From: an uncultured virus (IMG/VR IMGVR_UViG_3300037325_000280)
Taxonomy: Duplodnaviria; Heunggongvirae; Uroviricota; Caudoviricetes
IMG/VR virus record: IMGVR_UViG_3300037325_000280
Reading direction: 5' to 3' (one strand)
Length of the DNA: 64,000 nucleotides
Numbering within the stretch: the stretch's first letter is position 1; the number at the start of each line of letters is the position of its first letter. This document shows positions 39,405 to 49,811 of the stretch, piece by piece. A program made the translations under genes and the position numbers. Under the pieces are notes generated by a model that was given only the letters and a program-made list of their open reading frames with translations, did not search any database and had not been told where the DNA came from.

Positions 39405-39812
39405 ATGAAATTTTTTAGCAATTTTGGAAAAAGAGAAGCACTTGTGTATATCATAGTTTCTTTATGGATAATTATGGGACTATTAGGTGCTTATAAAAAT
39501 GCAAGCTTTGCCGATCTTGCAGTATATTTTGGATCTTTAACAGCATATGCTGCAACATATATATGGGCTGAAGCCAAAAGACCAAGTGAAAAAACCACAA
39601 TTTTTGCAAAAGGACCAGGTTCTAGAAGAGAATTAATGATTTATGTTGTTGTATTCTTATGGGCAATTGCAGGTAGTGGTGCTATATGGTTCTCAGCCGA
39701 TATTAGTGAGCTTTCTCTTTATTTTGTTTCTCTTACTGGGTTTGTTGCATCATGGATTGCTGGAGAAGTTTATACTCCACAGGATAATGTAAATAAAAAT
39801 ATAAAAGAGTAA
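39405..39812 (+). CDS. Four-TM membrane protein with internal duplication
   Basis: Two copies of RE.(L/M).Y...LW...L..YF.SLT...A..I..E. Confidence 0.7.
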   Translation: MKFFSNFGKREALVYIIVSLWIIMGLLGAYKNASFADLAVYFGSLTAYAATYIWAEAKRPSEKTTIFAKGPGSRRELMIYVVVFLWAIAGSGAIWFSADISELSLYFVSLTGFVASWIAGEVYTPQDNVNKNIKE

Positions 39813-39813
39813 G

Positions 39814-41775
39814 ATGGTAAAGGGATTTATTGCAAATGAGTATGGAGATACTATAATTGCTTCACTACAAACACCATATAATAACACACTTAGGATTATA
39901 GATTGGGATATATTAGCAGGTATAAGAACTCGATATATGACAGGGAGCGTTACTTTAGTATCAGGTCAATTTGATATAGTAGGTAATGGTACTCAATTTA
40001 TGAATTCATTTCAACCAGGTGATGTCATTATCATAGGAAATATTACATACACAATAGATACAATAGTTTCACCAATAGAAATGACAGTTAACGAACCTAT
40101 TCAACTCTCATCTACTGGATCATTATACTATAAATCAACAGATGCCAATAACTTTTTTGAATATGAATACAGATGGTCACATACTAATGATTTATTTTCT
40201 GAATTTCAAACATTAAATTCCGGAAATCAATATGGAGATCTTTTCCATATAATATTTGACACATCTAAACCAATGTGGATTGAAGTTAAAAACGAGGTAG
40301 CTGGAATTATACCAGGAAACACAATAACATTATTATCAATAACATATACTATTGAAACAGTAGATGGTACTATTGAATCTTGTCCTAATTTTTGCACAGA
40401 ATGTACCGATCCCTTTTCAATGACAGGATGTGCGAACATTGAAGTAGCATGTACCACATCTGTTTTTAATCCATATGCACTCACTAAATCAGTAGGAATA
40501 TATAAACAACTTACTAATATTGTTAATGACATATTTGGGCATAGCGTTAACTATTTTAGAATTGAACCTAACCTAAGAACGACTGATGTTATATTAATGG
40601 AATATTCACTACATAATGTTGTAGATAATAAGACATTAAAAATATTAGTCCCTGATAATGAGTTTCCATCTGAGGCTAATTCTTATGATATATTTGGAAT
40701 TGATCTAGCTGATTTCGAAGTACATATTACAGCCGATGAATTTGAAAATAAATTTGGTGCAGGAAAATCTCCAAGAAATAAGGATTATATGTTTATTCCT
40801 ATTATTAATAAGATGTATGAAATAAGCTCGGTTTCATTGGCCGATGAATTTAATAAAACAAATTCATATTGGAGAGTCAAGTTAGTAAAATATCAAGACA
40901 GATCCGATGTCATTAAAGGTCAATTTAATGAAGCAACCGACATATTAACAACCGGAATCGAAGAAATCTTCGGGGAAAGAATAGAAGAAGAATACGTGAA
41001 ACATATTAAAAAAGAACAATTTCAAACAGTAACTACAACATATCAGGACGGTATTAGAGAGTTTGTTAATAAAAAAATAAGAATAGTCGACTATAATTTA
41101 AAGAATAGATGGACTATTGTTAGTAAGAACTATTACGATTTTACTGCAATGAGATTAGATGAAATTGCAATAGTATATACTGCGCCATCTACTGTAAATC
41201 TTAATGAAAATATGGCCTTTACTGGTTGGTTTTCACCACAATTTAAGGCAGCATCGACTACTGATTATTATTTATTTGGTGATAATGACGCAATCCAAGG
41301 TCTTAGATTAACCATAAGCAACACTGAATTTAAACTAAGCGTAAACGGTATAACTGAATCATTTACACATGGAATATCATTTAATAAAAACAACTGGTAT
41401 ACATACGTAATAAATGTTAACAACAGTTTTTTACAACTAGGAGTTTCTTTCTATAGTTTAAATCCAGATAGTAATGTTATATCTAATATAGGAGGAGAGC
41501 GAATTATGCCGGCATCTAGATCTAATAATTTAGTACTTGAATTCAGCGAGAACAGATTATTAAGTAATCGTATATTATGGAATTCAGTAACATCATTTTC
41601 TCTTAGATCAAATGAAATGTTTATGACAAATATTAGAGTTTTTAATACTCCAATAGAGGAAGAAGAGCATTCTAACGTCTTAAATCAATATTTAGTAAGA
41701 GATAACCAACATGCGATCGTAATAGATAACGCAATTCCATCTCTTGGTTTTCAAAAATTCGCTAATGCCCGTTAA
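39814..41775 (+). CDS. Virion structural protein; gp14-like neck domain with C-terminal LamG-like domain
   Basis: IFGHSVNYFR, DIFGI, PRNKDYMFIPIINKMYEI; WYTYVIN...NIRVFN. Confidence 0.5.
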   Translation: MVKGFIANEYGDTIIASLQTPYNNTLRIIDWDILAGIRTRYMTGSVTLVSGQFDIVGNGTQFMNSFQPGDVIIIGNITYTIDTIVSPIEMTVNEPIQLSSTGSLYYKSTDANNFFEYEYRWSHTNDLFSEFQTLNSGNQYGDLFHIIFDTSKPMWIEVKNEVAGIIPGNTITLLSITYTIETVDGTIESCPNFCTECTDPFSMTGCANIEVACTTSVFNPYALTKSVGIYKQLTNIVNDIFGHSVNYFRIEPNLRTTDVILMEYSLHNVVDNKTLKILVPDNEFPSEANSYDIFGIDLADFEVHITADEFENKFGAGKSPRNKDYMFIPIINKMYEISSVSLADEFNKTNSYWRVKLVKYQDRSDVIKGQFNEATDILTTGIEEIFGERIEEEYVKHIKKEQFQTVTTTYQDGIREFVNKKIRIVDYNLKNRWTIVSKNYYDFTAMRLDEIAIVYTAPSTVNLNENMAFTGWFSPQFKAASTTDYYLFGDNDAIQGLRLTISNTEFKLSVNGITESFTHGISFNKNNWYTYVINVNNSFLQLGVSFYSLNPDSNVISNIGGERIMPASRSNNLVLEFSENRLLSNRILWNSVTSFSLRSNEMFMTNIRVFNTPIEEEEHSNVLNQYLVRDNQHAIVIDNAIPSLGFQKFANAR

Positions 41776-41818
41776 CTAATAAATTAAGATAAATATACTA
41801 TCTAATAATATAGTAAAT

Positions 41819-42460
41819 ATGTCAGAAAACAGAAGTATAAAAGACCAAGCCGAAGATATCAGAAAAGACCTTAATGAATTAATAGGTGCTAGTAACATGA
41901 ACATCGAGGATGTAATAGAAAGAGACCCACAATTACCGGCTCGCAGACCCCCTCCTAAAAAAACATATACTGAACTTAAAGAAAACTCTACTAAAAAGGC
42001 AAAGAAGACAATTTCAGCCCTAATGAAATTTTATTTAGATGAGGACATAATAGAAAAGGACGAGTATATTCAAGCTAAAAAGAAGATGGATGAGATGACA
42101 ATGAGTTCATTAGTCTATCAATTACAAGCAGGTGAAAGAGCGTTAACTATCCTATTAGAATCGATTGAAGATGGTGAAGTTACTCCTCGAATGTTCGAAG
42201 TACTTGCCACATTACAGAAATCAATGCTAGACATTATTAAATCACAAACAATGTATTTAATGGCAACTGAAGAGAGTGCTAAGAGGATTGCAAGAGACAT
42301 TGAAATCTATAGAAAAAGAGATGATATTCGAGAAATAGAATCTTCAGGCGGAGATACTACATTAGGAAATACCCAACGAGGAACTAAAGATATAATGCGA
42401 TTAATTAGGGATGGAATTGATTCTGCAAATATCGAAGACGTAGAAATAACAGAAGACTAG
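41819..42460 (+). CDS. Probable terminase small subunit (gp16-like)
   Basis: PRMFEVLATL motif; upstream of terL. Confidence 0.65.
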   Translation: MSENRSIKDQAEDIRKDLNELIGASNMNIEDVIERDPQLPARRPPPKKTYTELKENSTKKAKKTISALMKFYLDEDIIEKDEYIQAKKKMDEMTMSSLVYQLQAGERALTILLESIEDGEVTPRMFEVLATLQKSMLDIIKSQTMYLMATEESAKRIARDIEIYRKRDDIREIESSGGDTTLGNTQRGTKDIMRLIRDGIDSANIEDVEITED

Positions 42461-42464
42461 TATT

Positions 42465-42932
42465 ATGAAACATTTTAAAGTATATGAAGAATTTATTTTT
42501 GAAATAGGAGATTCCTCTTCTAAGAAATACAAGTATAAGATCAATGGTAAGTTTAGTGAAATGTCAGAATTTGACAAAAGGGTTTATGTTAAGTTTAAAA
42601 CAGAATCAAAACTAGAATACACATTGACTGTAATTAATATTAATTCATTCTTAGACATTGATTTTACAGCAGATGGAGAATATAATGAAACTAATCGAGG
42701 TGAAATGTTTAGCATAATGGCAACCATAATGGATGTAATAGAACGCATATTAGGTGAAAATACTGGAATTATACGAGGATTCAGATATGAACCTAAAGAA
42801 AAGGCAAATGATGAAGGGTTAGGAAGAGACCGATTATATCGAATTTTCATTGAGAAATCAATGAAAAGGCAAGGAAAATCAATTAGTTTTACGCAACAAG
42901 GCGGAACTGTGTTTGGAATAATAAAGGATTAA
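42465..42932 (+). CDS. Hypothetical protein with MKHFKVYEEFIFE N-terminus
   Basis: 155-aa ORF. Confidence 0.6.
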   Translation: MKHFKVYEEFIFEIGDSSSKKYKYKINGKFSEMSEFDKRVYVKFKTESKLEYTLTVININSFLDIDFTADGEYNETNRGEMFSIMATIMDVIERILGENTGIIRGFRYEPKEKANDEGLGRDRLYRIFIEKSMKRQGKSISFTQQGGTVFGIIKD

Positions 42933-42934
42933 TT

Positions 42935-43492
42935 ATGGCAATTGAAGAATCATACGTTGGAGATAATAAATGGATTCCTAATGCAGAATCAGAAAAAGAT
43001 GCTCAAAAATTAGTTTGGTCAACTAAAATAATTAATGATCTATTAGTTGCACTCGACAAGGGATATCGACCTCAAGTCAGTATGCCATTTTACGAAGGAA
43101 AACAATTTTTAAGAAAAGGAAACATAGTATTTGAATACACAGATGAAGAAATAGAAGAACTTGCAAAATGTGCAAAGGATATTGTCTATTTTGCAGAGAA
43201 GTATGCAGTTGTTATGACCGATAATGGAATTCAACAGGTTACACTTAGAAAATATCAAAAAGAATTACTAAGAGATTTTCAGCATAATAGATTTAATATC
43301 GTGTTAGCCGCACGTCAAATGGGAAAGTGTTTTTTACATAGCACCCGGATCGATGTCAAAGATCCTCAAGGTATCTCTAAGACGATAACTATAGGAGAAC
43401 TGTTTTACACCATACTTCAAAAACAAAGGCCCTTAAAGGTAACTGAATGGATTAAGTGGAAGCTGTGGACTTTATATACATGGATTGACTAA
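42935..43492 (+). CDS. gp17: Terminase large subunit N-terminal part fused to a short split intein N-half (43328-43489, 54 aa)
   Basis: KCAKDIVYFAEKY, YQKELL, ARQMGK then CFLHSTRI...TITIGELF. Confidence 0.9.
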   Translation: MAIEESYVGDNKWIPNAESEKDAQKLVWSTKIINDLLVALDKGYRPQVSMPFYEGKQFLRKGNIVFEYTDEEIEELAKCAKDIVYFAEKYAVVMTDNGIQQVTLRKYQKELLRDFQHNRFNIVLAARQMGKCFLHSTRIDVKDPQGISKTITIGELFYTILQKQRPLKVTEWIKWKLWTLYTWID

Positions 43493-43571
43493 TATTCATT
43501 CTTTACGATATCTGTCAACTTACAAGAAACATTTAGATATATAATTATATAATATATAAATAGATATAGTT

Positions 43572-44618
43572 ATGAAAGATAAAGAATGTAAGGAATGTAA
43601 TAATGTTTATCAATCAATGAGTAATAATTCTAAATTTTGTTCATTTGATTGTAGGGACTTGTTTAAATTTAAAGTAGAACAAATTGCCATGTTCAATGGT
43701 AATGAAGGATATGATTATGTAGTAGACCAATGGAATGGATATGCTACTACTCGAATCTACGGCCATTGGTTTACACAGCACCATCCAAACAGAACAACCG
43801 AAGAATATAGAATTGAGTTTCCAAATGCAAAACTGCAATGTGATAAGATAAGTGCAAAAAATGGTCAATTCATGAAAGAAGAGAAGCATAGAGAAGCACA
43901 ACGACAGAGAATGATAGGATCAAATAATCCAAATCATACATCAAAAACTACAGTTGAACAAAGAAAGTCAAAGAGTCCATTTTCAAAAGATTTCGTTAAT
44001 TATAAATCAGAAGAAGATAGAAAGAAATTTATTGATTCAATTGATTATGGTTCTATTAAAAAGAGTTCGGATATTGAATGGTGGCTAAAAAAATGTAATG
44101 GAAATATAGAAGAGGCGGAGCGACTATATACTGAAAGACAAACTACATTTACTTTAGACAAATGCATACTAAAACATGGAAAATCAAAGGGAACTACAGT
44201 GTATAATGACAGACAAGAAAAATGGTTAAAGTCGTTTCCAAGAACAAACTACTCTAAAATATCACAGGATTTATTTGTGAAAATATATGAGCATATTAAG
44301 CATGATTTTAAAGAAATATATTTTGCAACATTAAATAATAAAGAAATATTAGAATTTAATAATGGTAGAAATTATGAGTATACATTAAGACTAAATAATA
44401 GTTCAATTAAACCTGACTTTTTTATTAAAGAAACTGGTAAAATTATAGAATTTGATGGAGTCTATTGGCATAGAAGGAATCCGGAAAACAAAAAAAGAGA
44501 AGAATCCAGAAATAATCAAATTAATAAGGCAGGATATTCAGTATATCATGTAAATGAGTCCGATTATAATAAAGATCCAAATGGAACAATTCAGTTGTGT
44601 CTAGAATTTCTAAGATAA
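43572..44618 (+). mobile_element. Free-standing putative homing endonuclease (N-terminal CxxC...CxxxC, C-terminal Vsr/DUF559-like) between the terL halves
   Basis: CKEC...FCSFDC, GSNNPNH, PDFF...IIEFDGVYWH. Confidence 0.78.
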
Positions 44619-44628
44619 ATATTACAAT

Positions 44629-46512
44629 ATGAAATCAATCTTAAAATCAATAATAATACGTTCAATTCAATTTATAGAAAAAATTGAAACGAAAAATGAA
44701 TATCTGCCAGAAGATGATTTCACCGACAAGATACAGGAAACAATTAACCTTAAAGGATATAAAGTCCTAACTGATTCTGGATATCAACCAATGCCGAATA
44801 TTCATCTTACAAAACCATATACTATATGGGAAATTAAGACACATTCAGGTAGGAGTATGCAAGGTGCAGATACCCATATACTATTTGACGAAAACCTAAA
44901 TGAGGTTTTTATTAAGGATTTAAAAATAGGAGACCTACTAATGGCAGAGTGTGGGCCTGAAATGGTCACCGAAATTACTACATTTAAATCAAAGGTTCAA
45001 ATGTATGACGCAACAGTAGATCATGCTGACCACCGATATTATACAAATGGATTCCTTTCACATAATACAGTTACTGCTTCGATTTTTAATGCATGGTACC
45101 TAGTTTTTAATTATGACAAAACTACATTACTTCTTGCAAACAAATCAGAATCAACAAAGGAAATTATAGATAAGGCTAAGGTTGTACTTGAAAATCTTCC
45201 ATTCTACATGAAGCCAGGTATTATCAAGTATGATGTAATGAATGTCCGTGCGGATAATGGATGCCGTCTCGTAGGACAATCAACTACTGCAAAATCAGGT
45301 ATTGGATTCACTATACATAATTTATATCTTGATGAGTTTGCTCACGTCCATCCTACTATTGTTGACGCCTTTTATGAAAACGTATATCCTACTCTTTCTG
45401 CATCTAAAATTTCTAGAATTAATATAACATCTACACCCAATGGATTTAATAAGTTTTATGAGATATTTGCGGATGCCGAACAGAGTAAAAATGAATATAA
45501 AGCAACTCGAATTGATTGGTGGCAACATCCTGACCGGGACGATGAATGGTATAAGAGAGAACTTGGAAACCTAGGTTCTGAGGACGCGTTTAATAGACAG
45601 TATGGTAACGAATTTACAAGTTCATCGAGTTTATTACTAAGTCCTGGTACAATGAAAAGTATTAGAAAAAATGCAAAGAAATTTGTATATCATGACTTAG
45701 AGGATTTTGAAAACATACATATAGATGTTGAAGGTTTTCTTGGATTTGATCCTAGATTTGACATAGAGGCCGCCGCAGAATCAGATAGATATTATTTATT
45801 TTCAGTAGATATTGCCGAAGGAAACGGAGGAGACTATTCTGTTGTTAATATTTTTGAAGTTGAACCGATGTCAAACAAAGATATTGAAAACTATATAAGC
45901 CCAGGTGCAATGTATGATTTTTTTAAGATAAACCAAATTGCTGTTTTTAGAAGTAATGAACATCCTATTGAAGATTTCGCGAAAATTTTATATACGCTAG
46001 CAATTGATGTGTTTAACCCTGAGAACGTTAAGATGATTATTGAGTACAATACATATGGAAGTATATTACTACAATACTTATCGACAGTGTTTCCTGGAAG
46101 GAATGATTTTGAAGATGAAATGGTTCTTAGATTTAAACATAGACATGATTCAAAAGTTCCGAAGGCCGGATTAAAGCTTAAATCAGATAATAAATCAGTG
46201 TTTTGTCAAAATTTTAAAAAGCTTATAGAAATTAATAGAATTAAAATAAATGAAATAACAACAGTACAGGAGGCAAGTTTATTTGGAACGGTAAAGAATG
46301 GTAGTTATGCGGCACAAATGGGAAAGGACGATACTATAATGACATGTATTACTGCAACTGAATTTTTCGGAACAACTGATTATGCCGATTATGTTGAGGA
46401 ATTATTAGATGTAATAGATCCTGAAATACATGACTTAATGGAAGAAGTATTATATAAAGATAATGGAGGTGGAGATTCTTCACTTCAATTCGACATTTAT
46501 GATTTGCTTTAA
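44629..46512 (+). CDS. gp17: Long split intein C-half (146 aa, 44629-45066) fused to terminase large subunit C-terminal part
   Basis: VLTDSG, GADTHIL, MYDATV...YYTNGFLSHN then TVTAS; LYLDEFAH, TSTPNG, VDIAEG, KDDTIM. Confidence 0.92.
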   Translation: MKSILKSIIIRSIQFIEKIETKNEYLPEDDFTDKIQETINLKGYKVLTDSGYQPMPNIHLTKPYTIWEIKTHSGRSMQGADTHILFDENLNEVFIKDLKIGDLLMAECGPEMVTEITTFKSKVQMYDATVDHADHRYYTNGFLSHNTVTASIFNAWYLVFNYDKTTLLLANKSESTKEIIDKAKVVLENLPFYMKPGIIKYDVMNVRADNGCRLVGQSTTAKSGIGFTIHNLYLDEFAHVHPTIVDAFYENVYPTLSASKISRINITSTPNGFNKFYEIFADAEQSKNEYKATRIDWWQHPDRDDEWYKRELGNLGSEDAFNRQYGNEFTSSSSLLLSPGTMKSIRKNAKKFVYHDLEDFENIHIDVEGFLGFDPRFDIEAAAESDRYYLFSVDIAEGNGGDYSVVNIFEVEPMSNKDIENYISPGAMYDFFKINQIAVFRSNEHPIEDFAKILYTLAIDVFNPENVKMIIEYNTYGSILLQYLSTVFPGRNDFEDEMVLRFKHRHDSKVPKAGLKLKSDNKSVFCQNFKKLIEINRIKINEITTVQEASLFGTVKNGSYAAQMGKDDTIMTCITATEFFGTTDYADYVEELLDVIDPEIHDLMEEVLYKDNGGGDSSLQFDIYDLL

Positions 46513-46580
46513 ATGAATTTAAAGCAAGATTTCAAAATAAACATAGATATATAATAAAAGAAAAAAAAACACTTAAAATT

Positions 46581-48860
46581 ATGGCAATTAGCCCACAATT
46601 ATTAAATTTTAAGAGCTCAGGTGTTTATAGACTTGAGTTTGATAAATCTCAAACGTCAAGTATAAACGTAGAGACTCTAAGACTTGTAGTAGGTCACTCT
46701 AGAAAAGGACCATACAATACTCCTGTTTTAATTGATTCAAGAGAAACATTGGAAAACGTGTTTGGAGGTATCGATAGAACATTAGAAAAAAATGGAATGT
46801 TTTTCCATAGATCATGTCTTGATGCATTGTCAAGAGGTCCTATCTTAGCGTTAAACCTAGGTAAATTTACAGCAGAAGAAGATATTACTAACTTTCAAAG
46901 TTTATCAACAAATGGATCAATACCCAATATGGAAAACGTAGAAGGTAGTGATGACTATACTAAATTCTTTGATAATGATAAGTTTATGGTTCCATCTGAC
47001 ACTGAAACTTTAAAGACTATCGCAAATGATCAAAATCATATTTTAAACTTTGTTAACATTAAACAAGATTCAATTACAATTATAGTAAGACAAGCAGCAA
47101 ATGTTAATGAGTTTGATTTAACAGCAAGAGAATGGTATGGAGAAGGTTTAGTTCCTGAATATTTAAATGATTTTGACAGAGTATCCGATTTTATGGTAGA
47201 TGTCTTTGTTTTTAGAGGAGAATTCGATGCAGTTAAGATGTCAAATGATCCAATATATTCAAAGTACTTTACAGTAGATGGTATTGACAAAACTAAATTA
47301 AATGAGTTTACAAACCTAAGACAAGTTAGTTTAATAGCACAGTACACTGGTTCTATTTTACCTGGATTTAAAAATATCGAAGGAAGAAATCTTTATATAG
47401 AATCAATTATTAACGCGGAAGCAAGAAGAACAGGTTTATTTTGTGCAGTAGACGAAGACATGGTAATGAATGACAACGGAACTGCGGTTGATTTTGTAGG
47501 ACATGTATGTGAAGCTGGTAATGTATACTCATCATTATCACATAATATTAAAATAGATGATAGAATAAGAACATTTGAGTTTGGAACAGATGATGCAGGT
47601 GTGTATACTCATACCACAGGTAACACTAATTTTGTTGTAAAATATCTAAGTGCCGATGCACCATCTGTATTTGAAATTTCAAATGGAGAATTAGTACAAT
47701 CATCAACTGTTGGAAGACTAGCTAGAGTTAGTAGAGTGTCTAAAGCAGTAGATAACACACATGTAACATATACTGTGTTAACTGATGTTGAGCCACTATA
47801 TGATAACAAAATTATAAAAACTTTTGAAAACGCTTCTGCCACTTATTCTACTTTTGTTTTATCAAAGGCAGGAATTACAGTTAAAAACTTAAGTGATTAT
47901 TTAAATGTTTTATCAAAGGGAGTTGGATTATATGATGCACTAGTAGACAAAGACACTATTGATTTCAGATATGTAGTTGACACATTTAAATCATTTGATA
48001 TAAATGGATTAAATAACAAATCAAATCTTTCTCAATTAGCAAAGGACAGACAAAACGCTTCTGCTATTTTAAATGCACCAACAGTTGAAGACTTTAAAAA
48101 ATCTTCAAATCCATCATTTAGCGATGAAAACGGAGTATTTCAAACTAGATTTATTCCAACAGGAGGAAATTTAGATAAAAACCCAACAAAGATCTATACA
48201 CTACCCGGTATATTGGAAGGTGCAAATTATGCATTTTACTATGGTCCAGGATTAATTGTTAGCGATAACGGAAAGGATATTGTTATTCCAGCAGCAGCCG
48301 CTGTTTCAAATAATTTTATTGATAAGTATACAAGTTCTCTTCCTTGGTCAATTGTTGCGGGTCCAAGACGAGGTGTTGTGTCTGGCAATAATGTTAAAGG
48401 CGTTGAATATGCATTTGACAAGAGTGATAGAGATATCATAGAGCCATTTGGTATTAACCCTATTGTTTTTCAAAGAGGAACAGGATTAACTATTTTAGGT
48501 AATAAAACAGCACAACAAACGATTAAGTCAGCACTTTCTTCAGCACATGTTAGAGAAGTACTTATTTATATTCAAGATGGAATGGCAAACATACTTAAGG
48601 ATTATGTTTTTGAATTTAACAACGTTCAAACTCGTTTAGAAATTAAAACTCTAGCAGATTCCTTCATGGAGTCAGTTAAACAAGATGGTGGAGTTTATGA
48701 GTTTAGCAACATAATGGATCAAACTAATAATACTAACGAAGTAATTGATAACAATATTGGTATTATAGATACATTTGTAGAACCAGTTAAAGGATTAGAG
48801 ATCGTAGTACATAGAACTACAATTTTAAATACAGGGGAAATTCAATCAGGTAACCTATAA
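46581..48860 (+). CDS. gp18: Tail sheath protein
   Basis: SSGVYRLEFDKS, KGPYNTP, PWSIVAGPRRG, INPI, GNKT. Confidence 0.9.
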   Translation: MAISPQLLNFKSSGVYRLEFDKSQTSSINVETLRLVVGHSRKGPYNTPVLIDSRETLENVFGGIDRTLEKNGMFFHRSCLDALSRGPILALNLGKFTAEEDITNFQSLSTNGSIPNMENVEGSDDYTKFFDNDKFMVPSDTETLKTIANDQNHILNFVNIKQDSITIIVRQAANVNEFDLTAREWYGEGLVPEYLNDFDRVSDFMVDVFVFRGEFDAVKMSNDPIYSKYFTVDGIDKTKLNEFTNLRQVSLIAQYTGSILPGFKNIEGRNLYIESIINAEARRTGLFCAVDEDMVMNDNGTAVDFVGHVCEAGNVYSSLSHNIKIDDRIRTFEFGTDDAGVYTHTTGNTNFVVKYLSADAPSVFEISNGELVQSSTVGRLARVSRVSKAVDNTHVTYTVLTDVEPLYDNKIIKTFENASATYSTFVLSKAGITVKNLSDYLNVLSKGVGLYDALVDKDTIDFRYVVDTFKSFDINGLNNKSNLSQLAKDRQNASAILNAPTVEDFKKSSNPSFSDENGVFQTRFIPTGGNLDKNPTKIYTLPGILEGANYAFYYGPGLIVSDNGKDIVIPAAAAVSNNFIDKYTSSLPWSIVAGPRRGVVSGNNVKGVEYAFDKSDRDIIEPFGINPIVFQRGTGLTILGNKTAQQTIKSALSSAHVREVLIYIQDGMANILKDYVFEFNNVQTRLEIKTLADSFMESVKQDGGVYEFSNIMDQTNNTNEVIDNNIGIIDTFVEPVKGLEIVVHRTTILNTGEIQSGNL

Positions 48861-48951
48861 CATAAGAGAAACGCATACTATTGTTTGAAGAATTACTAGA
48901 TAAATTCAATTCAATTAATAAGATATATAAAAAAACAAAAACTATTAAATA

Positions 48952-49506
48952 ATGAGTTTACCACACTATTCACAAGATCAAACATCTAGAAAAGGTAGAA
49001 ACTTCGAACCAGTTCAAGCTAACTTATTCGAAGTAACTGTCCTTCCTCCTAACGGAGTTGCAGATGCACCTCTTATGTTACAACACGTTAATTCTATCAG
49101 CGGATTAGAACTATATAAAGAAATTGGAGCAGTAGAGCAAAAATATAAACATTCAACTAGATCCTTTGCTGGAATTCCCGATGGAACTGCAGTTGATGTT
49201 ACTATTAACTTTTCTTTAAACTTAAATGAAGCCAATCAAGCATACCTTTACAAATCATTAAGACAATGGTATAATCTACGATATGATCCTCAAACAGGAG
49301 CCATGGGTCTTAAAAAGGACTATGTAGGAACAATTGTTATAGTTCAATTTAATAGAGCTGGAGACATATATAGAACAGTAACATTGGAAGATTGTCAAAT
49401 TACATCTGGATTACCATTTACTGTTGAATTAAACTATAATGAATCAGAGCCAGTTCCTATTGATGTTACATTTAGATGTGATGTTTGGAAAGAAGTTTTA
49501 GCATAA
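48952..49506 (+). CDS. gp19: Tail tube protein
   Basis: NLFEV, W.NL.YD, KKDY, VTFRCDVW; follows the sheath gene. Confidence 0.85.
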   Translation: MSLPHYSQDQTSRKGRNFEPVQANLFEVTVLPPNGVADAPLMLQHVNSISGLELYKEIGAVEQKYKHSTRSFAGIPDGTAVDVTINFSLNLNEANQAYLYKSLRQWYNLRYDPQTGAMGLKKDYVGTIVIVQFNRAGDIYRTVTLEDCQITSGLPFTVELNYNESEPVPIDVTFRCDVWKEVLA

Positions 49507-49592
49507 CATTTAACAATATTGAGGGGTATTTAAAAAGTATCCCTCATGTTATTTGAAACAAAAACATAATATAATGATAATATAATATATAC

Positions 49593-49808
49593 ATGGATAA
49601 ATTAACTAAAAAATTACAAGTTTTATTATCTGATGAAGAAGTAACATTAATTAATAGAATTATTCTTAATGAAGCAATAGAAACAGGACAAAGACCAATT
49701 TCTATTTCTGCTTTTATAAGAGATATAATTAGAGAAGAAATAGAAATAAAATCAAATGGAATAAAGCCATTTAAAAAATTAGACATTAAAAAACTTAAAG
49801 ACAAATAA
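49593..49808 (+). CDS. Small ribbon-helix-helix-like DNA-binding protein
   Basis: KLQVLLSDEE...SISAFIRDII. Confidence 0.55.
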   Translation: MDKLTKKLQVLLSDEEVTLINRIILNEAIETGQRPISISAFIRDIIREEIEIKSNGIKPFKKLDIKKLKDK

Positions 49809-49811
49809 AAT

